NCBI GenBank assembly: GCA_000165345.1
Contig: CM000432.1
Coordinates: forward strand, 256,001 to 320,000
Direction: 5' to 3'
Length of the DNA stretch: 64,000 nt
A program made the position numbers and the translations under genes. The first letter of the stretch is position 1; the number at the start of each line of letters is the position of its first letter. Positions 28,544 through 39,417 of this stretch are shown in pieces. The notes beneath the pieces were generated by a model. That model was not told where the DNA came from. It did not search any database and was given only the letters and a program-made list of their open reading frames with translations.

Positions 28544-30583
28544 CTAAAGCTCATCACGAGCAGTATGTATCCAAATAAAGTCTAAAATAGAATTAACTTC
28601 TCTTTCTCCATCAAAATCTATTGGATTTGCCTTTTCTCTCTTCTTGTACAATTTTATTGTTGGAAATCTAAAGATTTTTCGACCAATTTGATCGTCTGGA
28701 ATAAAATTTGCTGACATGTCAATCTTTGCAACAAGAACATTAGTCTTTGATGTTACAATGTTAGCAACTTCATTATATATTGGGTCAAAGGTCTTACAAT
28801 GTCCGCACCATGGAGTATAAAATAACACTAATACATCTCTAGTAGAATCATAAACTATTTCTTTGAATGTGTTACCAACCAGAATAAAAACTGGTCCATT
28901 TTGTTTTGAAGGAGTTACTTGGGAATGATAAGTAATGTTCACCATTCCTGATCTTACTTCATCTATAAAATCACTAATAATGTTTGGTGAAAAATTAATT
29001 GAAGTATGGTTATTTAAAATAATCCAGTTTGATTCATTTGGTTTTCCTATTGATAAAATCTCTGCATTATTATTACTACTAGTAATACCACCAATACCTG
29101 TATTGCTTTCTAAATTATTTAAGTAAATCTTTGGTAAATCTAAATGATATTTCTTTGGAGGTGATACATTAAGGTCATTAATCATAATTATTGATGGAAG
29201 TAAGTCATCATCAATATGTAGAAAGTCCATAAATCTTCGATTAATTGGACCTTCATTTCCAGACATTACAAATAATGGTCTTTCTTCAAGATATTTATTA
29301 GATTTATCAGCTTTTTCGTTTCTAATAGCAATCACTCTCTGTAAAATATTATAAAATTGATGAATAATTGAAGATTCTTTATTAAGTTCTTCAATATAAT
29401 TTTCACTATTTCCACTAAAAATTAATAATAATATTGTGCCACCATTATCAATCAAATTACCTATAGTGTCTTTATTTAAAAATATAATATTTTCTTGTTT
29501 ATAATAATCAATAGTATTTAAAATTAATGCTTCTTCTTTAAAAGGGCCATTAATTGTTTTTACATGTTTTCCAGAATTAAATAAAAGTATTTTGGATTTT
29601 TTTTCATGATTTTCTATTATATCCGTAATATTAAATTGAAATTCATTTTTATCAAGAATATCTTTGTTAATTAATAAACTCTTTTTAAGGTCATTATAAT
29701 TAGCTTCACCAAATATAACATCATCATATATTTTACAAATATCAACAACTAATAAGTATTCTGTATTATTATATTTTTTTTGAGATTCAAATTCATGTAA
29801 ATATATTACTGAATATCCACTAATTTCCAAAAAGAATTTAATATTATCTATAGTAGAAAGTTGAATTAATTGTGATTTTGGGTTATTTTCTAATCTAGAA
29901 ATTTGTTGTATAATCCAAGAAATAACTTTCTTATGATATATATTCCCATAAAAATCAATAATTTTTAATTTTTGATTTTCTTCTTTTTTAACTAATTTAA
30001 TAGTTGGATAATCTAAAACATTAAGCTTCATTGATAAATTTGGGAATTCTGGAACATTTACTAAACCTATTAATAACTTTTTTGAATAGAAAAATCGATT
30101 AGGATGTTCTATAGAAAAATCATTAGAATGCTCAAAATACTTTACCATTTCATGTATTTGATTAATAGCTCTTTTGCTCATTCCACACCATGGTGCTGTA
30201 AATAGAATGATTAGATAGTCATTATTAGCTAATAAGTTTTCAAAAGATTCATCTGTTTGTATGGTAACAATTTCAAATATTTTATTAGTAATATTTTCAT
30301 TTACATGACTATTATCATCGATAACTTCTTCAAGGTCAATTCCTTTAGCTGATGTAAAATGCGATTCAATAAACGGAATAAGATCTTCTGTATTATCTTT
30401 ATTTGATTTATTACTACTTAGATTTATAAACTTTGTATTTGAATTTAATGTATCATTTAGTTCAGAAGTATTATCTGAAACTACATGTTTAGTTTCAAAT
30501 AAAAGCAATAAAAAAAGTAGTGAAGTTATATATATTAGTATAAATGAAGTGGTTGAACGATTTATATTATTTAATCCCCACAT
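28544..30583 (-). CDS. Protein disulfide isomerase family protein, ER-resident (signal peptide, CGMS and CGHC thioredoxin sites, RDEL)
   Basis: Hydrophobic N-terminus SFILIYITSLLFLLLLF. First thioredoxin-like site FTAPWCGMSK (a CxxS variant). C-terminal canonical VLVLFYTPWCGHCKTF. Terminal ...HTARDEL* is a KDEL-type retrieval signal. Confidence 0.85.
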   Translation of the reverse strand: MWGLNNINRSTTSFILIYITSLLFLLLLFETKHVVSDNTSELNDTLNSNTKFINLSSNKSNKDNTEDLIPFIESHFTSAKGIDLEEVIDDNSHVNENITNKIFEIVTIQTDESFENLLANNDYLIILFTAPWCGMSKRAINQIHEMVKYFEHSNDFSIEHPNRFFYSKKLLIGLVNVPEFPNLSMKLNVLDYPTIKLVKKEENQKLKIIDFYGNIYHKKVISWIIQQISRLENNPKSQLIQLSTIDNIKFFLEISGYSVIYLHEFESQKKYNNTEYLLVVDICKIYDDVIFGEANYNDLKKSLLINKDILDKNEFQFNITDIIENHEKKSKILLFNSGKHVKTINGPFKEEALILNTIDYYKQENIIFLNKDTIGNLIDNGGTILLLIFSGNSENYIEELNKESSIIHQFYNILQRVIAIRNEKADKSNKYLEERPLFVMSGNEGPINRRFMDFLHIDDDLLPSIIMINDLNVSPPKKYHLDLPKIYLNNLESNTGIGGITSSNNNAEILSIGKPNESNWIILNNHTSINFSPNIISDFIDEVRSGMVNITYHSQVTPSKQNGPVFILVGNTFKEIVYDSTRDVLVLFYTPWCGHCKTFDPIYNEVANIVTSKTNVLVAKIDMSANFIPDDQIGRKIFRFPTIKLYKKREKANPIDFDGEREVNSILDFIWIHTARDEL

Positions 30584-30816
30584 AATTTTTCAACAGGAAT
30601 TGCCATAAGCTTTGAATTGATAAATTAGAATTGGCATAAATTCAATGCTGAGATTTAAGAATAAATAAGTGCAATTCACTCAGATCAATTACACTTTTCT
30701 TCTCTTATCTATAAATATACATATATAATTTATACATTCACTTTTTTTTTAGTAGTGAAATAATTTAATTTTTTTTTATCCTTATTTTGGTCAAATTACA
30801 TAATTATTAAATGAGT

Positions 30817-30843
30817 TTTGGCGGTACTTGCGCCGCCACATGC
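30817..30843. promoter_or_regulatory. Tandem E2F-like sites TTTTGGCGGTACTTGCGCCGCCACATG
   Basis: GC island in the divergent promoter between the PDI gene (start 30583, -) and BUD13 (start 30946, +). Confidence 0.5.
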
Positions 30844-30945
30844 TGATTTTGAATATATGTAAAATTTAATAAGGATAAAAAAAATGCGGAGATTGGGTCA
30901 TTACACTAAATATTCATATTCCAAAAGTTGTTTCCTTAGATAAGA

Positions 30946-31479
30946 ATGAAAGGAAGTGTAGTATATAGAGATGAAGAAGGAAGAATTATTGATAAGGAGT
31001 TATGGTACGAGAAGAAAATAAATGAAAAAAGGAAATCGAAGAAAAGAAGTATTAAAAACGAAAATAAGTTCACAAAAGATCCAGAATTCGTTAAATATAG
31101 TGGTGGTATTATTCAATATGAGGAAGCCAAGAAAAAATATGCGGGTGAGAACAATCCGGTAATTCAGGATGAAATAATAGATGGAGGGCGTTATTACTTG
31201 AGTAAAAGTTATGATGATGAATTAAAGAAAAAAGATATTTGGGATGACCCGATTAAACTAATAAATGCGCAGGATAACAATATAAATAATTCTGGTTTGA
31301 GGAGTGATTTTGTTGATTTGGAAGCTAAAAGGCTTAAGTGCAAATTTATTACTCCTCAAAATAGATTTTCCATTGAAAGCGGTTATCGTTGGGATGGAGT
31401 GATTAGAGGTAATGGTTTTGAAGAAAATTATCTTATTAAAAAAAATGAAAAAAATAATACTATTTATAATATCGACTGA
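30946..31479 (+). CDS. BUD13: Pre-mRNA splicing factor BUD13/CWC26 (RES complex) homolog, minimal 177-aa form
   Basis: VVYRDEEGRIIDKE resembles human VFRDKSGRKRNL. The C-terminal signature QNRFSIESGYRWDGVIRGNGFEENYL matches BUD13 [26 protein letters not shown]. Confidence 0.75.
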   Translation: MKGSVVYRDEEGRIIDKELWYEKKINEKRKSKKRSIKNENKFTKDPEFVKYSGGIIQYEEAKKKYAGENNPVIQDEIIDGGRYYLSKSYDDELKKKDIWDDPIKLINAQDNNINNSGLRSDFVDLEAKRLKCKFITPQNRFSIESGYRWDGVIRGNGFEENYLIKKNEKNNTIYNID

Positions 31480-32102
31480 TTTCATTTAAGTTAAAAACTA
31501 TTTTATTTTATTTTATTTTTTAATCATTAATCCATTATAATTAACATAAATTTATAATTTTTTCTTGTCCACATGAAAAAATAAATATGAATTCCGGACA
31601 CGTAATTTAATTACTTGCATTTGCATGTTGCATGCAAATTTTGGAAAAAATGGTCCACATAAAAAATATAGCAAATAAATAATTCGTTTTTTAAAGAACA
31701 AAATACAAATTAAAACTCTATTAAGAATTTTTTTAATATCTATTTTTTTTTTATTATTTTTTTTTTGAGTTAATATTAAATCAATACTATTTAAGCCAAG
31801 TAAAACTATTAATGTGAAATTATTGGGTAAAAGGTAATAATAAAAAAAAATTGATACTATTTAAACAAATTAAGTGCTGAAGAAATACAACTATACATAA
31901 AATAATTTAATATTAATAGTGATAAAAATAGTAAATACTGTCAAAATATTTCAATTGAAAGTATAATGCACATTTATTTATAAATTATTAATTAATATAT
32001 GTATATATGCATATATAAATATATTAACATATATATATCTATATATATATATATTAATATGTATACAACAGGAAATAATTTAATTTGGAAGACTAGTTAA
32101 AA

Positions 32103-33770
32103 ATGAGGCTATTTAAATGGAGGAAAGAATCAAAAAAAATAGTATTTCAAAATAAGAGAAGAAATACGATCAATTATGTAATTGAAAATTTGGAAAAAAA
32201 TGAGAAGAATATTCAAAAGGAATATCATGAGAACTGTTTTGAAAAAAGTATTAAAGAAAGCTTGGCAAATAATCATTCTACAGATGATTTAATGTTAAAA
32301 AAAGAGCAGATTGAAATGGGAAAAGTTGATGATAATGGTGATTTTTTTCCACTAGAAAATAATTTTTTATGTTTAAAAGAATACATGGTGAATTTGAATA
32401 ATGAAAAAAATTATAATGAATATATGAATTTATTACCAAATGATTCAGGCAGGCATAATTATTTAAGTTCAAACAATTCAGAAGATTACAAATTTTATTC
32501 ACTTGATTATAATATAGAGGAAAATAAAGATTTTTCAAATATGGAATCAGAATATGCAAGTAGCCACGAATTTTCTAAATTAATGATGAAAAATTCTAAA
32601 TTTAAAAATATTATTGTTGATTTTCCATCAAAATTTAAATCTGTTGGTGAAAATAATTCAAAATCAACTTTATCAAAAAGATCTGAAAAATTATCGAAAT
32701 CGTTTTCATTGAATAATATTGACATACCTAAAATAAATAATGGAAAAAATGATAAAGAATTGGAATTATTATTTCAAAAGATAAAAAAATTCATGAGAGA
32801 AAAATATGGTGAATATAAAAGATTATTAGAAGAAGTTAGTTTATGGGAAGAAAATGGATATAAAAATGGAATCAAATTTTATAAAAAGAAAGAAAATAAT
32901 AATGATTCTTATACAGTAATTAGAGGTATAATTGATACAGATATTAGCAAAGAAAATGAATCAATTTATGAAAGCTTACGTAAGAAAAAAATTACAAATA
33001 TAAAAAATAATTGCCATTTAAATGATATAATATCATCAAAAGAATTGATTAATTATGTTTGGGAGACTGATCCACTTTCATATGATAATACTGTTGATAG
33101 AAGTAATAGAGTATATACATGGGATGATGGGAATCCAGGATTTTGTATATATTATCATTCATATAAGGGAGCTTTTGGAGTTCAGGGCAGAGATTTTATG
33201 TTAATTGGATATAAAGATGTAATTAATAATAAAGATCAATTTTCATCATGTGAGATTTCTAACTTGGCAACTTTATCATCTAGTTCACCAAGTAGAGCAA
33301 ATTCTCCAAGTTCCAATTTTCATAATAATAAAAGGATGATCATAAATAATATATCACCAAGTAGATTAAAGATATGGTCAAAAAAGAATAAAAAAAATTG
33401 TAATAATAATATTAAAACTCAGCTACAAGGAATTAAGTCAAATATTAATGATTCAGCATTCTTTATATCATCTGATTTATCAAAGGAATTAAGTGATGAT
33501 AAAAAATTTCATTCATTAATACAAAATATATATAATCCATCTTTTGTTAAAGCAAAATGTTATTTGAATGGAGTAAAAGTTGAAAAATTAACAATAAATA
33601 ACAATATTATTTTGAGGATGGATATATTGTGGATTGGAGATTTAAATGGTAAACTTCCTGAATTTTTGAAAAGAACAGTGCTTTCATCATCTTTAAGTAC
33701 TATTAAAGTACTAAAGGATAAATATATTGAAAAGAAAAAGAATGAATTGTTAAGTATAATCACAAATTAA
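32103..33770 (+). CDS. START (StAR-related lipid-transfer)-like domain protein (555 aa)
   Basis: Central region YTVIRGIIDTD...INYVWETDPL...GRDFMLIGYKD...KCYLNGVKVEKLTINNNIILRMDILWIGDLNGKLPEFLKRTV follows the START/Bet v1-like motif order (RDF motif, then the C-terminal Dl.G.lP..l helix). The N-terminal about 250 aa is low complexity. Confidence 0.55.
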   Translation: MRLFKWRKESKKIVFQNKRRNTINYVIENLEKNEKNIQKEYHENCFEKSIKESLANNHSTDDLMLKKEQIEMGKVDDNGDFFPLENNFLCLKEYMVNLNNEKNYNEYMNLLPNDSGRHNYLSSNNSEDYKFYSLDYNIEENKDFSNMESEYASSHEFSKLMMKNSKFKNIIVDFPSKFKSVGENNSKSTLSKRSEKLSKSFSLNNIDIPKINNGKNDKELELLFQKIKKFMREKYGEYKRLLEEVSLWEENGYKNGIKFYKKKENNNDSYTVIRGIIDTDISKENESIYESLRKKKITNIKNNCHLNDIISSKELINYVWETDPLSYDNTVDRSNRVYTWDDGNPGFCIYYHSYKGAFGVQGRDFMLIGYKDVINNKDQFSSCEISNLATLSSSSPSRANSPSSNFHNNKRMIINNISPSRLKIWSKKNKKNCNNNIKTQLQGIKSNINDSAFFISSDLSKELSDDKKFHSLIQNIYNPSFVKAKCYLNGVKVEKLTINNNIILRMDILWIGDLNGKLPEFLKRTVLSSSLSTIKVLKDKYIEKKKNELLSIITN

Positions 33771-33966
33771 TGGCAAAAAAAAAATTCAATTCATTTCTTT
33801 AAATGAATACAACTTTAAAATGTTATAATATGAAAATGATATGTTTAAATGTATTAATAATGAATACAATGGGAGAATATTTAGTAGTAATAGTCCAAAA
33901 TCATCAAATTAATTAATACAATTTCATTTTCATCATAATTTCAATATTAATATTATATACTTATGT

Positions 33967-34471
33967 TCAAAGCATAAAACCTAACATCATACCAAATCCA
34001 AATAACGAAATACTATTTCTGTTTGTTTCAAAGAATTTCTTCATTTTCTTTTTGAGTTTTTGGTAGTCAAAATGATCATTTTTATAATCAAAAATAGATT
34101 TCTTAATATTTGAATTTAAAAGACCTTCTTTAAGCGGATTAATAAGTTCATCATTTACTTTTTCTTTGCCATATTTCTGTCTCTAAATTAGTAATAGTTT
34201 ATTATCTCAAGTCAAGGAAAAAAAAAAATCAACTTACCAAAAAAATATATATAATAGTACCAGTGCCAGTAATAATGAGAGTTGTTTTAATCATTTTTCT
34301 GCAGAATACTGAAAACATTAGTCCGCCATAAATAGGACAAAAATATCTCAAAACTAAAGTAACTTTTTCTCCAAACGTTTCTATACTAAGTCTATTAATC
34401 TCTTCAAAGCTTGAAGCTTGGATGATTTCCTTGATCATTTCTTCAATTTTGTTGTATTTTCTTTCCATCAT
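33967..34471 (-). CDS. Small 2-exon membrane protein (about 149 aa), complement(join(33967..34182,34238..34471))
   Basis: Exon 1 is the 80-aa track ORF, ending ...ATA TAT ATT TTT TTG|GTAAGT. A 55-nt intron ends in tttag. Exon 2 RQKYGKEKVNDELINPLKEGLL...NSISLFGFGMMLGFML* is open in frame to a TGA. Two predicted TM helices lie in exon 1, with a hydrophobic C-terminal tail. Confidence 0.5.
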
Positions 34472-34922
34472 ATATTTACTTATCTTTTTAGTTCAATGAT
34501 AATAATAACAATGACAATATTAAATAAATAATATTAATAATAATACTCTTAATTACCAATTCCTATTAGAAAATTGATTTGAATTTCAAATGACTTTTCC
34601 GTGTATATTGTTTATATATTAATATTAAGATTAAAATTTTTAAAAAAGTTATATATGTTGATTTTATTTTTTAAAATAGTCCCAGTTTATTTCATATTAA
34701 TTATTTAAATATATAATTTTTTCCACATGCAAAAAAAAAAAAATTATCAACAACGGTATAGGGAAAAAAATAATTTTTTTTTTGTCATGCAGTTATCTGG
34801 TATTAAAAAAAAAAAAGAAAAATTCGAAAATAACAATTAATTAATAAATTAACATTTAAAGAAGTATTCAAGAATAGAATTTGATTATATATCAAGTCTA
34901 GGAGAAGAACTAATCAATTAAG

Positions 34923-35844
34923 ATGAAGAATTTAATTGATATGAAAGATAAAGATGGAGATTTAATTAAAGGTAATTTTATCAGGAACAAATGTTGAATA
35001 AAATTTCATTAAAATATATTAAAAATAATAAAACAAAAACTTTAAACTACCTCCCACTATCTATTTTCTAAAATTATTTTTATTAATGCTTAAAACTCAA
35101 AAATAATAATAATAATATAATTAAATTACACAGCCAACAAAGATTCATTCATACAAGTAATTGTGGAAATGCACCAAAAACTAGGCGAAACTTTTGAATC
35201 AAACTTTAATAAAATAAGGTAAGTCTTAAATTCTTTAAAATAAAAGAAGAATTTTCTTCCTTTATTTTTTTTTAACTTTTATACACGTCATTAATTTATT
35301 GCATGCAATGACTACATGTACTTTCCCGCTCTTAGAGAAATTAATTACAAAATTAATCAAGATATTGAACAAATACAAGTAAGTTTTTTTTTATTTAAAA
35401 CAAACCTATTTAGTTAAAAAGGAGTTTGTTTTAAATAAAATGTTGATGGTAATGAATAGTATATTGATATAGAAAATTCTAAAAGGAAAGGAAGAAACAA
35501 AAAGAACTACTCCAGTAATATCTTCAACATAACTATAAGTATTAATGGCATTTGTGAGCCTTTATAACTTTATTATGTAAAAAAAACAGTTTTCTATATC
35601 AATATATTACCGCCTTACAACTATTACTCGAACAAATCTTATTCACTTACCATTTTCTTCCCTTAAACATTTTATTAAATTACTTGAAACTATAAATTAT
35701 TTATCTAAATTAAAGAACCTAATCACTAATGAAGAAAAAATCCAGAAAGATCTTCAAGAAAGAAACTCGGTCATTAATAATGTACTGAATGACTTTATGA
35801 ACACTATGCAGGCTACCATTAATGATGGGCCATCCAATAAATAG
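34923..35844 (+). CDS. Tentative small 4-exon coiled-coil protein (about 101 aa), join(34923..34971,35134..35218,35336..35378,35716..35844); absent from the ORF track
   Basis: ATG exon MKNLIDMKDKDGDLIK ends in G|GTAATT. The next exon follows ACACAG and ends AATAAAATAAG|GTAAGT. The next follows CTCTTAG and ends ACAAG|TAAGTT. The last follows AATTAAAG and runs open to a TAG: NLITNEEKIQKDLQERNSVINNVLNDFMNTMQATINDGPSNK*. Summed exon length is 306 nt, a multiple of 3. The 337-nt last intron and a possible missing internal exon are uncertain. Confidence 0.35.
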
Positions 35845-35937
35845 AAAATTCTTATAAATAACTATTTTCAATATTGTTATCAATTCTATTGCTACAACAA
35901 TTAGACTTTAGAATTTTTTTTATGTATCAAAATATAT

Positions 35938-38900
35938 CTACTTTTCACTTGTTACAATATTTATATTAACATTAGTATTCAAGACTTCATCTTCCACATT
36001 TTTACTACTCTCAACTTCCCCATTGATGATTGGGGATATACTTTGATTTGAAGTATTGAGACAATCTCCTCCGTCTTCCATTCTTTCCTCTCTTTCTTCT
36101 TTTCTTATATTCACATTTAAATTTGTATTACTTCCATCTTTAACTTTTGAACTTAAATTTGCAACAATAATACTATTTGCATTACGTCCAGAAATGCTCA
36201 TATTATTATTTGTATTGTTTCCTCCTCCTCCACTCCTTAATACTGCCTCTCCACTATTCACAGCGTTTAGTCTACACTGAATAGCCAATTTCTTTGCCTC
36301 ATTGAACCCATATTTTTTCACATAAAAATGTCTTGAGTGTCTTTTTCTATTCTGATCATACCATTCTGCTACCCATTCTTGATCTCTAGTCTTCCAATAT
36401 ACACCTGGAATTCCTGATTTATAACTAATTCCTCCCATATTCTTCTTTTTTGGAGATGTTATAGCTTTAATCTTTGAACTTGATGAAGAAGCTGGAGTGG
36501 AAGAAACTGTTGGAGCAGTAGATTCTGAAATTTCCAAAATATTGGCTGAATCTTTTATCATTGAAAAACTTGTTGAGTTTGAAGAAATCGAAGAATCTAC
36601 TGATGATGATGTTACTGATCTTGAAATCTTCTTCTCCTCCATTAAATTATCTGTTATATCTCCATTACTTGTACAATTATTTCCAATAATATTAATATTT
36701 CCATCACTTATACTACCACTGATATTGCTTCCACTATTTTTTAAAAAATTTTCATTAGCTATATTCATATTGTTTTCAATATTAATATTAATATTATTAT
36801 TATTGCTACTATTATTATTATTACTATTATTGCTAAAACTCGAATTTCCAGAAATTAAAGGCTCAAAAGATGTCAATAAGTTACTTATTCCTTGGTTATA
36901 ATTCATCATTTCTTCTCTTAATGGGTCAATTTTTTCCAGATTAATGGCTTCAACCATATTTGTATCGCTTCTAGGAACTAATATTCCATTTTCTTGTGAT
37001 ATTATCTTTTTAATCATTCCATTAATATCCATATTAGTATTATTACCATTATTGTTTTGTTGGCACTGAGACTGAATTTGAAATTGGCTTTGATTCTGAG
37101 ATTGATTTTGAGTTTGGTTCAAATGATTCAGTAATATGTTTTCTGTTAGATTTCCTGGAATATTCTGAAATTGATCTAAATTATTCAAGGATAATGATCC
37201 AAAATTATTATTACTACTTGTCGGTACCGATTTATTAGATCCCATTAAATTCTGTAATATGTTATACATATATTGGCTCTGGTGATTGCTTAGATGATTA
37301 ATATGATTATTTCCAGAATTGAATGTATTATTAATCGTTCCATTAGCTCCACTTGCTTGATTTATTCCAAGCATATTTGCCAAATTCGTATTCAAACTTG
37401 AATAGTTACTAAAATACCCTCCAACTCCATTATTAACTCCATTACCCAGTAATAAACTATTCATCATTTTACTTTTTGTCATTCCTTCAAGAGTAGAATC
37501 ATTTAACATTTGCAAAGGAGATAGATAATTAAAATCAATAGAATTCAACATATTTAAAGATGGTGAATTATTATAATTTCCATTGATATTATTGGTGTTG
37601 TTGTTCTTAGTAGTAAACCCTTCAGAATTATCACCAAAAAATTGATGCTTTAACATATTACCATAATAACTATTCAAATAATTGGAAATCATAGAATTGA
37701 GATTAACATTCATGTTATTAGCGTTATTTATATTACTTGGGCTTGAGCCACTTAATGCTCCATTCAAAAGTAACATATTTGATAGAATCATATTATTGTA
37801 ATCAGTTACCATATTATTGGTACCAACATTTCCGGTATTAGCTCCAAAATTACTGTTATTTGTACCTATAAGTCCATTATAACTGCTGTTATTAGTGCCA
37901 GTATTACTATTATTAGTATTGTTATTATTGCTATTATTATTGTTGCCACCATATAAATATTGCATTAATTGACTTAATAATAGCTGATAACTATTATTTT
38001 GAACAAGTATTGGTTGGCTCCCTTCAGTAGAATTATTATTATTATTATTACTTAAGCCATTTAAAGCAGAGAAGCTAGAACCATTCAAATTAATTAATGA
38101 AGAACTACTATTGCCGTTATTGTTATTATTACTATTACCATCGGCATTCAAGGGATTTATAATTCCAGAATTACCATAATTGTTGAAAATATTAAAACAA
38201 GAATTTGTAATTCCTGAAGAACCAGAGTAATTATTATGATATTTAAATTCTTTATTATTAACATACTCTACTACATTATCTCTCAATTTTTTTTCATTGA
38301 TTAACTTTACCCTCCATTCTATTGCTTTTAATCTTGAAATATCAATTCCATCCTCGCCAATCTCATAAGCAAAAGATTGAGTACATGTTTCATGTGTTAT
38401 TGAATCTAGCCAAACTCCTATCCAGACTTTATTTATTGGATGCCAAAATATTCCCTCATATTCGGCATCTTCTTTTAAATGTTTCATTTCTTCCATAAGT
38501 AACCCAATACCTTCATCACTCATATTATTCATAATTTTTTGTATATTCTTTTTCTCCATCAAATTCATAACAATTGATCTATCATCCTTTAATAAGTATT
38601 CAGGCCTTTCATATTCTGCTGTTCCATACTTTGCAATTCTCATTCCTTTTATACCTCCAATATAATTATGAGAGCCTATTGATGCACCTACTCCAGTCTC
38701 ACCCTGATGGCCACCACCTATATAGCAACTTTTATTCATATTTAAATACATCTTCCCTGTAAGACTAGTTTCATGTAACTTTCTTGCTGTTGCTTTTCCA
38801 TTTTCAATTGCATCAACCCTTGATTTTATTGCCATTTGCTTTGCATCTTCAAAACCATATACTCTTGCTGAAAAGCCGTGAGTAATTCTTCTTCCTGAAA

Positions 38901-39417
38901 TAGAATCACTCCACTGAGCAATCCATCTTTGACTACTTTCTTGCCAATAAACTCCAGGAACCCCACTTTGATGTTCTGCTCTTCTTAATCTAGTTCCAGT
39001 TCCTTTTCTAGTAGACACTATAGAACTATTAAAATCTTTTCTGCCAACTTCCACAGTTGTAACACCCTCCTCGCTGTTCTTTTCCTCATCTGATTTAGAA
39101 TCTTCATCATTAATAGCTTCGTCTTTATTAATAAAACTATCCTCTTGGTTCTGAACTTCTATATAATTCTGCTCCATAGTAACATCATCAATGATATTTT
39201 TAGAATTTTCGTCTGGTGTTTCAACATGATTTTCAATTTGAGATTGGACTTGTTGAATTTTACTATTACCAACTTCAACTTCGTTAGATTTATCAAAATT
39301 TTCACCAATTCCACATGTTGGTGTATCTTCTTGTGTAGAGTCCATAGTAGTATACTGACTCCAGTCTACAACTTCTTTATCAATAAAAACCTTTCCAGTT
39401 TCTAATTTTTCCTCCAT
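35938..39417 (-). CDS. ApiAP2 transcription factor with three AP2 domains (1159 aa)
   Basis: AP2 domains are SGVPGVYWQESSQRWIAQWSDSISGRRITHGFSARVYGFEDAKQMAIKSRVDAIENG, GIFWHPINKVWIGVWLDSITHETCTQSFAYEIGEDGIDISRLKAIEWRVK and SGIPGVYWKTRDQEWVAEWYDQNRKRHSRHFYVKKYGFNEAKKLAIQCRLNAVNSG. All three show the apicomplexan AP2 GVxW...W.A.W....R..F.....G...A...A core. They are separated by a very long Asn/Ser/Gln low-complexity region. Confidence 0.9.
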   Translation of the reverse strand: MEEKLETGKVFIDKEVVDWSQYTTMDSTQEDTPTCGIGENFDKSNEVEVGNSKIQQVQSQIENHVETPDENSKNIIDDVTMEQNYIEVQNQEDSFINKDEAINDEDSKSDEEKNSEEGVTTVEVGRKDFNSSIVSTRKGTGTRLRRAEHQSGVPGVYWQESSQRWIAQWSDSISGRRITHGFSARVYGFEDAKQMAIKSRVDAIENGKATARKLHETSLTGKMYLNMNKSCYIGGGHQGETGVGASIGSHNYIGGIKGMRIAKYGTAEYERPEYLLKDDRSIVMNLMEKKNIQKIMNNMSDEGIGLLMEEMKHLKEDAEYEGIFWHPINKVWIGVWLDSITHETCTQSFAYEIGEDGIDISRLKAIEWRVKLINEKKLRDNVVEYVNNKEFKYHNNYSGSSGITNSCFNIFNNYGNSGIINPLNADGNSNNNNNGNSSSSLINLNGSSFSALNGLSNNNNNNSTEGSQPILVQNNSYQLLLSQLMQYLYGGNNNNSNNNNTNNSNTGTNNSSYNGLIGTNNSNFGANTGNVGTNNMVTDYNNMILSNMLLLNGALSGSSPSNINNANNMNVNLNSMISNYLNSYYGNMLKHQFFGDNSEGFTTKNNNTNNINGNYNNSPSLNMLNSIDFNYLSPLQMLNDSTLEGMTKSKMMNSLLLGNGVNNGVGGYFSNYSSLNTNLANMLGINQASGANGTINNTFNSGNNHINHLSNHQSQYMYNILQNLMGSNKSVPTSSNNNFGSLSLNNLDQFQNIPGNLTENILLNHLNQTQNQSQNQSQFQIQSQCQQNNNGNNTNMDINGMIKKIISQENGILVPRSDTNMVEAINLEKIDPLREEMMNYNQGISNLLTSFEPLISGNSSFSNNSNNNNSSNNNNININIENNMNIANENFLKNSGSNISGSISDGNINIIGNNCTSNGDITDNLMEEKKISRSVTSSSVDSSISSNSTSFSMIKDSANILEISESTAPTVSSTPASSSSSKIKAITSPKKKNMGGISYKSGIPGVYWKTRDQEWVAEWYDQNRKRHSRHFYVKKYGFNEAKKLAIQCRLNAVNSGEAVLRSGGGGNNTNNNMSISGRNANSIIVANLSSKVKDGSNTNLNVNIRKEEREERMEDGGDCLNTSNQSISPIINGEVESSKNVEDEVLNTNVNINIVTSEK

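Noticed and set aside
36056-39405. Plus-strand small ORFs inside the ApiAP2 gene (36056, 36497, 38574, 39145)
   Set aside because: They are antisense to a strongly supported AP2 gene. The poly-L run comes from the poly-N/Q codons read on the opposite strand.
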